A program made the position numbers and the translations under genes. A stretch of DNA of 64,000 nt from Lepidodermella squamata (taxonomy: Eukaryota; Animalia; Gastrotricha), in the NCBI GenBank assembly GCA_047495785.1, contig JBLDXI010000025.1:930001-994000 (forward strand). The letters run 5' to 3'. The notes below the pieces were generated by a model that saw only the letters and a program-made list of their open reading frames with translations, was not told the origin of the DNA and made no database searches. Positions 13,975 through 24,000 of this stretch are shown here, one piece after another. Position 1 is the stretch's first letter. Every line of letters begins with the position of its first letter.

Positions 13975-14334
13975 TCAGTTCTTAATGTAGTGCATTTCTC
14001 CACCATTGATGGGGAATTGGTTGGCGCAGCTCGTCGACAGGCGACAGAATCTAATCTGGTTGTAGTACGTGAAAGCTTTGCAAGTTTTAGCCGCGTTACA
14101 CTTGGCCGCACATCCCTGGGCATCTGCGATATCGGGAATCGTGTCACCGACTTGATTATTGTAATAAGCACAGCTCTTTGTTGCAGCCTTGTAGCCAGCA
14201 ATTGCTGTAATAAATCCAAAATTTCAACAAAGCTTCATAGAGTCGGTGTTGAGTAACTTACTGGGGTTTTGCGCAGTTATGGCTGAAATGGCCATCATGA
14301 AAATCGCCAAAGCAGGGAGCATGGAACTAGACAT
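13975..14334 (-). CDS. Small secreted PAN/apple-like six-Cys protein, copy A (100 aa)
   Basis: Exon 1 14334-14262 (signal peptide MSSSMLPALAIFMMAISAITAQNP), 57-bp GT-AG intron, exon 2 14204-13975 (TIAGYKAATKSC...QGCAAKCNAAKTCKAFTYY...FCRLSTSC...HYIKN*). C-x3-C-x5-C-xAF...CxL is the PAN core. Not called by the ORF track. Confidence 0.8.
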
Positions 14335-15526
14335 TTTAATCGTGAATAGGAATAGACTTTAGACTTGAAGAAGGAAAAATGAAATTTAATAAATATCCAC
14401 TGGGCATTATTGGTCGTATTTATTGAAGCATGCAGCCAATCAGAAATGGAATAATTTTAAAAAACAGCATGACGCAGCATTTTGCAGCCAAAAATACGCA
14501 GCCCAAGTCAAATAAAGCAGGTGAAATTTGTTTTTTTTGGCTGAAAACCTATTATTCACTCAGTACTGAGAATCTCAGTGCGAAATAGTACCATGCGAAA
14601 ACGAGCTATAGAAGCAAGATCATATATTTTAAGGGTATTACTTACAGCGTAGCCAAAGTGAAACCGCTAATTTCAGATTTTTCCTAAGCCTAAAACCACT
14701 TGATTGGCATCTTAATGTTAATAAAAATGCAAGCGTGAAATGTTGTAGAAGACGAATTCTTCGCTTCAGAATTCATACATGGCTTTGAATTCGTAAAATT
14801 ATTCGAAAATCGGCCTTTGACTTGTGCCATCGTGTTCCAATCAATGAATTGGCTCTAAAGGAAAATTCGTCTGATTTCACTGCGGCGAAAAGTGCGAGAA
14901 ACCTAATGACAACAGTGTTTGCCAATGTCAGGTGAATGATGTTGCATTTTGCAGCAAAATTGTGTTTTTTGCCGCAGTAGTTGGCCAAGATTAATATGGG
15001 GCTCACCGCCGTAGTCGTTGGAAACCATTTAGCTCGTGTGGCAAGTTAATTTTTTTATCAATTTATTAGTGGATTGAACGGCCAAAATGTTTCATGCCGG
15101 AGTCATAATAACCATCGATTGACTAAACTATTTGGTGCTTTCACAATGTTTGCTACTCTCTAGACATTAAAACCTCTCCGACATCTATACGACCTTTCAG
15201 CATTTTTTCAGACGTATGCTCGCGCTTCAAGTTGATGAATTTTTATTTCAGAAATAATTTAGCTTAGTTGACTTCGGTAGGCACGCTGAAACAAATAATA
15301 GACCGGGCATGCACGACCCCTTACCGTGTTTCTCCATTCAATTAGCTTATTATTAGGTGCCCTTTTTAAGGGTGCGCCTTGTTCTATGTTTGCATATGCA
15401 ACAGGTGAAAAAAGCTTTATGCCTAATAAAAATATTATGCCCAATGCTTGAGTGCTTTTTCGACTTGAATAATATTTTTCGAAATGCCGGAAATACTGCT
15501 GACCTTTTATTCGTTTTAGGCAGTTA

Positions 15527-15938
15527 CCGTAGTTACCGAAATATAAGCCCCCACTCGTTTAGAAGCCTGTCTCGATTAGAAGCATAGTCCTATCTCGAAT
15601 AGTAGCCTAGGCTACTACGGCACGTGTGCTCTGCTGCGCTGAACGGTATTTAAAAACGAAAAATGCGTGAAGATAATATGTAAAAATCTGCTGTTTATGA
15701 TGATTTTAGTGAAAGCTTTCCTTATTAGTTTTAATTTCCAGCTATTAGACGACCTAGCTAATAACTAATAATGAATACTTTGATGAGTTTTGAGATTGAA
15801 AGACAGCAAGTAACGTCAGGTCTCCGTTGCAAAAGCCTATCTCAAGTAGAAGCCTAGTCTTGAATAGAAGCCTACTTTTCCCCATTTTTCGAGGTATCAT
15901 TTTTGTATAAGCCCGGGTTAGTATTTCGGTAACTGCGG
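15527..15938. mobile_element. Tc1/mariner (pogo-like) MITE with TA flanks
   Basis: TA-CCGTAGTTACCGAAATA...TATTTCGGTAACTGCGG-TA with internal TAGAAGCCT repeats; partial second copy at ~33424-33719. Confidence 0.7.
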
Positions 15939-16390
15939 TATTATATCGACGGGTTCAACCGTTTTAATCCTTATTCATGCTTCCATTTTCGTATAATAAG
16001 GTATGCAATAAATGGAGAATTGCAAGCCCTCCGCATCCCATGAGATCGGCACGTATGTTGCGACTTTGAGCGAATGGTTGAAACTTGAGGAAAACAGTCA
16101 AGTCGCAAAAATGCAATAAAATTCAGAAGCGATCGGAGAATTATATTGAAATCGCTTTCAAAGAATTTTCTCAACATGTTCTAGTTCATCGAAAAAAGTT
16201 TTCACTGTCTTGAATGTGAAGATGATAATGATAAGCCAACATTTTGTGCCTCCCATTGCTTAATAACTCCGATTTTTCTAATAAGAAATTTTACCGAAGA
16301 CCTGAGCTATCGAACGATGAAAACCACTCTAAACAAATATCCATGGTCACGGAAATACTAAAAATGCGAGGCGAAAAAATCAAACGTTTA

Positions 16391-17787
16391 CCCAGACGGA
16401 AATTTAAGACCAAAATCTCGGCTTAATGTTTCGGCTGTTTATTTGATACCCCCAAACTGTCCAAAAGTTTTACTCGAAAATTTCGGCCAAATGGTCGAAC
16501 GTTAAATTTGGGCCAATTTTTTCACCAAAAGTCTTTCTGAAATTGTCAAATTTCGGTGTAGTCGATGGGTGAAAATTTCGGCGAAACTGCTATCCGAGTT
16601 AATTGATGGGCCAAATCTATCATGCATTAGTTCCGATACTTATATGCTGGGGGTTTTACTCCATCGGCCGGCTTCATGTTGCTCAGTTCTTTTAGTCATC
16701 TCAGATCCCATCAGCTTCTCAATTACATCGTATTTTCAATTTTAATTTTATTATCAATTTTTCATTTTAACATCACTATATAAATGCCTGCTTAGGTATG
16801 AACGCAGGTCATGTCGAACTTGGCACTTATTTTTTCCGAAGCGCCGAAAAGATACCGTCAATATTTCAATAGGCTTTGAGGTTTATATAGGAAAAATAAC
16901 TTTCACTTTTGAGACCCAAAAAAATCAAATGAGAACTCTACTAGAGAAATTTGTCATTCCGATCTCTGCTGTGACGTGTGTGACGCAACACAGCTTTGAG
17001 TTGCACAACAATCGCGCGGAATGAGGGCATTTCTCATTACGACTTTTTTCACTCTCATTTTAGATTGATTTTATTGCGATTCTGAATTGGGTTCTTCGCA
17101 AGAATAAGCCTGACACTAAATTCAAGAGCAATTTCATCCGATCTTAAAATTGATAAAACGCGAAAATTTCCCGCTAGTGAGATTTTTTACTATTCCTTTC
17201 GGGGCTGAAATCAAACGAAAAGTGATGGTCATGCACCCATGAATCGAATCGAAATCATTTAGTTTAACTTGGTTAATTTCATACCGTAGAAAAACAGATG
17301 AGCTATAAATTCTTCCTGCTGTGTCGCGAAAGTGAGGAAAGAAAGTCAATCCCTAATCCCTCGAAAAGAAGTGTTTCACAGCCTTAATAAATATTGAAAC
17401 TACTGCTGCCGGCTATATATGTAAGACAATATAATTCTTAATATTAAATTCCAATCCATGCCGAAACTGTCAGCGAACTGTGGAGAAATAGCTACGGTCG
17501 ACAACTCGACAGTTAATTACAACGAAAATCAGTTCGCCTAAACTTACTCGCTCAAATAATCGAAAAATAGTTTTCAGCATAAGATTTCGTTAAGCTTTTT
17601 GTCCAACAGGTGAAAACTCAATTTTTGCTGAAAATCGTCAATGAAACCATGGTAGAAATTCTTAAAAGTGAAGTTGCCAAAAATTAACGCTAAATTTGAA
17701 GAATTTTATGGGGGAAATCTCACACCGAAAAATTTGGCCGAAGATTTGGTCCTAACGCCCTCTTGGCCACACGAATTTCCGTCTGGG
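16391..17787. mobile_element. Non-autonomous DNA element with CCCAGACGGAAATT terminal inverted repeats
   Basis: 14-bp inverted termini at 16391-16404 and 17774-17787; subterminal (T)TTCGGC/GCCGAA repeats; no transposase ORF. Confidence 0.55.
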
Positions 17788-17944
17788 ATATAGCATATCT
17801 CTACTTCTGAGCATATTTTTGGGCGTAACCTATCGATAATGGGAATTCACCTTAGTATGATTTGTTGCAATCTGGTTAAAGTGAGGAAATGGACACCCGA
17901 GTCGGGTACAGATTAACCAAAAAAGAAAGCAACCTTAAGTTTTG

Positions 17945-18480
17945 CTTCTGATACAACTGTATTTATTACAGGCGAAGATTCGGCCCTTGCGCGGACCATC
18001 ATCAGACTAAAAAAAGGAATCACAACAAGAATTAATACAGTAAAGAACGAAAGCACAACAAGGTATCAGCATGAAAATAGAAACTTTCAAAACAGCTTTA
18101 ATTTTATTGAGTCGGACTGCACGTTGAGGCTCACTGCGATCTTTGTCTGCTTGATGAGTAGACTTTCCAAGAACGGACCAAGCAGTCCCACCTGTTGCGG
18201 CACTTGCTTAATACTCTGAAGTGCGCAGGGATGTCAAAGCTATCAGGCAGTTTGTGTGTGGCCTGATGTTTGCCAATTGAGATGTCATCCCAACACAGCT
18301 AGCGTCACACTGGCCACATGAAAAACGATATGCGCCGCACTGGCGACTGGTGGTTTACGAGTTCGGGCTTGATCACCTTCGCTCTGAAATTTTCGTCGAT
18401 TCTACGGATTGTGAAGATGGCTTGAACAGCCAACAGCTAACATTCCAGAAATATCATTGAGTCTCATAATAAGAGGAATA
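17945..18480 (-). mobile_element. Penelope-like retroelement 3' remnant (GIY-YIG endonuclease C-terminus plus pLTR with a degenerate hammerhead motif)
   Basis: Minus strand reads, with indels, AYRFSCGQCDASCVGMTS...IGKHQ...HFRVLSKCRNRWDCL...ESLLIKQ...SLNVQSDSIKLKLF* (stop 18089-18087), typical of PLE GIY-YIG ends; followed by CTGATGA-T-GGTCC-loop-GGGCC-GAA and AATAAA. Confidence 0.8.
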
Positions 18481-18834
18481 AGCGGCAGAATAGCTAGACA
18501 ACAGTTTATATTTCTAGCTAGTTTTTACACAATGTTTTTACATTGCTCTTTCTCAGCTTTTCATCATCAAGTTTAATTAAACATTAGCAGTTAGTCACTT
18601 CTGTACGCCGCCCAGAGCTAATCATTCAATGGACAATACCACAATTTCAGCCGAAAACAACTGGCACCTGCTGCGGGGGCTCAGTATGTTTGGCTGCAAA
18701 ATGCTGCGTCATTATGTTTACCAATGCCTGCGTTTCTGATTGGCTGCTCGCGCCAATAAATACGAGCTGGGCCCCGTTGATGTGTGTATCATTATATTTT
18801 TCATTTCTAAAGTATATTCCTATTCACGATTAAA

Positions 18835-20355
18835 ATGGCTGGTTCCATGCTCCCTGCTTTGGCGATTTTCATGATGGCCATTTCAGTCATAATTGCGCAA
18901 AACCCCAGTAAGTTACTCAACACCGACTCTATGAAGCCGAGTCATATTCCATCATGTTGATTTGTTGAAATTTTGGATTTATTACAGCGATTCCTGGCTA
19001 CACGCCTTCAACAACAATGAGTTGTATAGATCACGATAATCAAATTGGCTTTCCGCTTTACGGTATCGGAGATGCCCAGCGATGCGCTGACAGATGCAAC
19101 GCGGATAGCAAATGTCGCGCTATCTATTTTGCCATGTACGTGCATTCCCTTTACCCTCAAACTGCACAAGGTGGCCGGACCGACGACGGCCTCAACGACA
19201 TTTACTCATTTTTGTGCTCTATCCGAATCAGAAAGAATTTTTATTGTAGATTTCAAAGTTTTGACGTGACTAAGAACGAGTCACGTCAAAACTTTGAAAT
19301 CTACAATAAAAATTCTTTCTACGTCACATGAAAGCGGGGTGTAGCTGTTTTTTGACATTTTTATAGGACAGTTTGCAATTTACAAGTTTAGAATATGTTC
19401 TAGTCACGCATTCATAATATGCAAGGTGATAAACCATTATGGTCCTAATCAACCCCCCATCCCGTCAAATTGCGTCAAAAGTATGTCAAAATTGCCAAAT
19501 TAAAACTTTTCAGCTACTCTATTCAGGTAAGATTAGCAAGACTGTTACATAGATAGAGGGGGCAATATAGCTCAGTTACGGGAAAATAGAAACCGAAGTT
19601 GTACTTCAACCAAAAAGCGGAAAAAATCAGTCAAAAACGGTACAGGGCACATGGAAACAAGCATGAAATTGTATGGGAGTTCATTCGATGTTAAACATAA
19701 TTTCAGCCATAGCTTCAAGTAAAAATGATAAATCAGATTGATAGTAGCTTGGTTTTTATTATAAGATTGCTTTTGTAATGCCCCGGCTTTAGAATATGAA
19801 GATTTGTCATTTTTGACATATTTTGACGAAAACTTTCACGTATGAACAAGCCGGGCTGGATTAACCCTCCGGCCATAAATCCCAATAGGAGTAATGTAAG
19901 ATTCTAACTGTTTTTGGCATACTCTTGACGAATACCTGCTTTTTGATTATAACCTATTACTAAGGAACGGTAACCACTAGTTTTTTGCTAATCAACCATC
20001 GATAGTCAAAGAATGCTCCTTATGCAGCCTCAAATTTTACAACTCGCGGAATGCGAAAATTTGACAAATTCTGACTAGTACCTGTCACGTAATTAAAATC
20101 TTTGATAATATGAAAGTTGATTGTCGTCAGCTTTTGTCTAAGCTAAATGGCCCATCGCTCAAATAATGAGAGGCAAAAAACCGTGTGTCGATATGATACA
20201 CGGTTGCGTGTAGCTCCGGCCGCTCCGGCAACCTTGTGCAGCTTGTGTGACAAATATGCTTGTGTAGTAAACGGATGAAAGACTGTCGCCTTTTGACGAG
20301 CTGCGCCAACAAATTCGACATCAATATTGGCGAAGTGAACTACATTAAGAACTGA
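18835..20355 (+). CDS. Small secreted PAN/apple-like protein, copy B (102 aa if the 1.1-kb insert is spliced)
   Basis: Exons 18835-18907, 18988-19135, 20268-20355; MAGSMLPALAIFMMAISVIIAQNP-TIPGY...SC...QRCADRCNADSKCRAIYFA|IKRMKDCRLLTSCANKF...NYIKN*. Inverted, head-to-head paralog of copy A. If 19136-20267 is not spliced it is a disrupted pseudogene. Confidence 0.65.
19136..20267. mobile_element. Inserted element with subterminal inverted repeats and GT...AG ends
   Basis: Absent from paralogs A, C and D; 22-bp inverted repeats (19158-19179 and 20224-20245, 2 mismatches), each 22 nt inside the boundaries; ends are gtacgt...tgtgtag. Confidence 0.6.
19230..19320. repeat. Perfect 42-bp inverted repeat with 7-nt loop
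   Basis: Arms 19230-19271 and 19279-19320 are exact reverse complements. Confidence 0.95.
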
Positions 20356-21010
20356 TGTGATGCAGAGCAGTGTAACCAGTTCGGGAATTTGAGACAAGAC
20401 TTGGATTCACGAGTAACCACGTTTCAACATTAATTAGCCGTCATTGATTAATCAACTGATTGCTTCATTGTTGTTAGCTGCTTTGGAGTGGGACATCTGT
20501 TAATTATTAGTTAGGTATACTAGTGTGGCTTTGTGGATGAGTTTTCAGTGAACACATTTTAACCAACAATAAAACTGGAGGCATGAAACAAGGGATGGAA
20601 TTAAAGAAAAATGGTTCTCATCCCGCGCCTGGTTTGGGCGTTTTATCCAGCACCAGTCCCTAGCCTCGACCGGCCCGCGTCTAGAACAAAATCCATCATT
20701 GAAGGTGCCACAACCTGGGCTTGTATTTGGGAATTTACGCGGTATATCACTTTCCCCGTTTTGAACCCCCGTTTTTCATCAGAGACTGACAGCAGCAAAG
20801 CCTTGAAGCCTTGAAAAATGCATAAATTAACTAATACAGCAACAACACACGATTATATTTGCTTTTATTCGAAACGTCGTGCAGTAGTTAATGAAAATTA
20901 AGAATTATAGTTTCAGCATTAAGTAATAATGGCACTTATATTTATCACCAGCAGCATCGTTATCGTTTTAAAACCGGATTCTTGGATATTCAGAATAAAA
21001 AAACGTCAGT

Positions 21011-24000
21011 TTATTGCATATATTGATTGATTTGATCGTAACTCATGAAGTGGCTACCCCCGCCGCATCGATACCCACCGCCAATATCAAACCACTGAAA
21101 ACCAGCCGGGCACAATCCAAGCTGTTTCAGCTTCATTTGCATAGCAAGTTTTCGCTCTTGTTCCTGTCGCAATTTCTCAGCCTCCTCCTCCAATCGCTTT
21201 CTCTCTTTCTCGATTCGTTCGAGCTCTTTTCGCCGCTCCTCCTCCTTTAGCCGCTCAGCTTTCGCCTTAGCTTTGGCTAATTCCTCAAGTTCGCGTTGCT
21301 TTTCGGCCAACTTTCGCTTCTCCTCCGCATCGCGTTTCGCAGCGGCTATCAATTGGGCCCAAGTTTCATCGGAAACTCCGTGATCTCTTTTCCCGAGTCC
21401 TTCGGGTACATTTTCTGGCTCTTTTTCTTCAATAGGTGGTTTCTCTTCAACAGGTGGTTCTTCCTCCTTTTCCACTTCAGTCTCGATTTCGGTTTCCATT
21501 ATTACGGGTTGATTTTCCTGGTTTTGCGTCGCAACGTCTCCGAATAATTGCTTCATTATATTCGATTTATTCTCCGCTTTTTCCATAATTTTTGATTGTT
21601 CGATTCGTTCCTTCAAATCAGTTTCCAATAAATTAATGACAATACGACCGGGTATTTCAATCACATCACCGGCTGTAATTTTACTCGGATCGAGCTCGTT
21701 GGCTGCTTTGGCAATCAATTTCTTGACAAGATTTCCGATATCGCGGCCATTTCCCCAACCGCGTTGATTTCGCAATTTTTCAAAAATTTGCAGAATTTCA
21801 ACATCGGCCGATTCCGCGATAGACCAGCCGTCCTTTTCGAGGGATTTCTTGAATAAGCGAAGGCATTCCTCCTTCGAAAATGAATGAAAGTCAACCCGGC
21901 CTGGGAATCGACTGGCCAAACCAGAGTTGGCGTTCAATAAACCGGTAATATCCTCCTTATACCCGGCTAAAATGACGACGATTTTACCGAAAAATTCCGG
22001 TTTCGTCAATAAATCAACCAATTCATCCAAGGCTTCCTGGCAAAATTGGCCGCCCGCCTTTTTAGGATCCAATCGATACGCTTCGTCGATAAATAAAACC
22101 CGGCCAAGGGCCTGTTCCAATTTCGCCCGGGTTTTCGGGGCGGTTTGGCCTACGAATTGGCCGATCAGTTCAGTTGCTGAGGTTTCAACAACTTCGTCAC
22201 TCGCCAACATTCCAAAGGCTTTGAACATCCGACCGACCCGCCGGGCGACCGTGGTTTTCCCGGTTCCGGGCGGGCCCTGGAACAGGAAATTCATCGGAAT
22301 TGTTTCGCACGGATCGCGGCCTCGAGCGATTTGAACAAGGGCAGATTTTTTGTACCCGTTCATCGTAGTTATAATTTGATCGCAAGACACTAAATCCGAG
22401 AAAAATTTCTCGATTTCGACATTCAGTTGCGCCCCGCCGTGTTCTTCCGTCCACTCCGGGTCGAAATCGACCGGGGCGAGTGAGTTCATTTTCGCCCGTT
22501 CGGCGGGCGAGAATTTTTTCAGCCGATCTTGCATGCGTTGAACGGCATTTCCGATCAAATTTTCCACTGAACCAGCGTTGCCGAAATTCGGCCGACGTCT
22601 CTCTTTTTCCAACAGAGCCATAGCGGCTTTTTGAGCCTGGATCGGGCATACCAGGCCGCGTTTTTGAATTTTATAATTCAAAATTCGAGTCAGTTCGTCG
22701 ACGGAATAATCTTCGAAATCGAAAGCCACCTCCGGGCTGAAGCGGCGCGAGAGGCCCTGGTTCGAATTTCCGATCATCGTCTCCATTTCCTTGCGATAGC
22801 CCAGCATTAAAACGCACCGATCGTCGCCGGGCACGTTTTGCACCTCGCCGACTATCGTGTCGATGACAGCGGTTCGGTAAGGGTCGGTGACGTTCTCGCC
22901 CGCGTAAAGGCCGTACGCCTCGTCGATGACCAGGACTTTTCCGAGACTGTTCTGTAGAATCGCTTTCGTTTGATTCTCCGACTGGCCAAGAGCGGATCTG
23001 GGGAACAAAAAGATATTAAAAATTTGAGAAATCAATTGTTTAATCTAGTGTTAATTTGCGAAATTTCGAATATTCATCGCCCTTTACTGTTCGCAAGAAT
23101 TTTCAAAAATATTCAAAATGAACCTTCTAAATTTTTTCAATTTCGAATTTTTGACGTCAAAATCTTTGACATAATCAAAATTATCGAATAAATCGCGATC
23201 AGTTTCATCACCTCGCGAGGGGCGTCCTTTCTATTGCATGACCCCGGTAAGGAAGATCCAGAGCGTATCCTGGTGTTCGCCTCTATGGAATTCATTCATC
23301 TCGCCTCGTCGCGTTGGCTTTCGTCGCGACTTCCAAGGTGCCCCGCGTTTTCGCCCTTCTCAATACCGATCTCGAATACCCGAAAATGGCAGAGCTCTAC
23401 CAAAATTTCGAGAAGAAGTGGATCGGCGTGTGGCGACGCAAAGTGTCCCTCCGGAATTTGACTTCGAGCCCTGGAACATGGTGAAGCGCGTTGAAAATTC
23501 GCTACCTCGCACCGACAACTTTCACGAGGTTGATGGAGGAGAGGGTAACCCATCGATTCGGCCTTATCTCCTTGGATGCTATGACAATTTCTGGGGGCTT
23601 AGAGATCATTGATAAAGGCAATACAACAGTTGGAATGTCTCTCGACGAGCCTGGAACACCGGCTACACAGCGTTTGTGACTTGGGATGGAGCTGGAGAAA
23701 ACTGGTCGTAGCACAACGGCCTGGTTGATCATTTAGATTTTTCTTATTCATTTTCTGATGGCTTCTCGCATCCTTCGCTTCGCTTTATCGCAGGGTGTCA
23801 ATGAATTCTATCCAGCAAGAGCAAATCAAGATGCGAATGAAATGCTCTTTGATCAATTTCGGCGCGACGGGAATTCGTCCAAATCGAATCCTACGTTTCG
23901 GGCGATCCAGCGCCGTGCCGGTACATTGCGAGTCGCCGGTGGTTACTGGGGCGTTTCTCGCGGAGGGAATAAAGGGTGCCGTTGGATCTTTGGATCTCAA

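Noticed and set aside
13885-14256. ORF-track calls 13885-14256 (+) and 13899-14219 (-)
   Set aside because: Wrong strand or frame; the spliced PAN gene in another frame is supported by three paralogs.
19240-19312. Similarity of TTGTAGAT/ATCTACAA to Cas12a repeats
   Set aside because: Only an 8-bp match inside one inverted repeat; no array.
19558-19600. tRNA-like start GGGGCAATATAGCTCAGTT
   Set aside because: No anticodon arm, T-loop or acceptor-stem complement follows.
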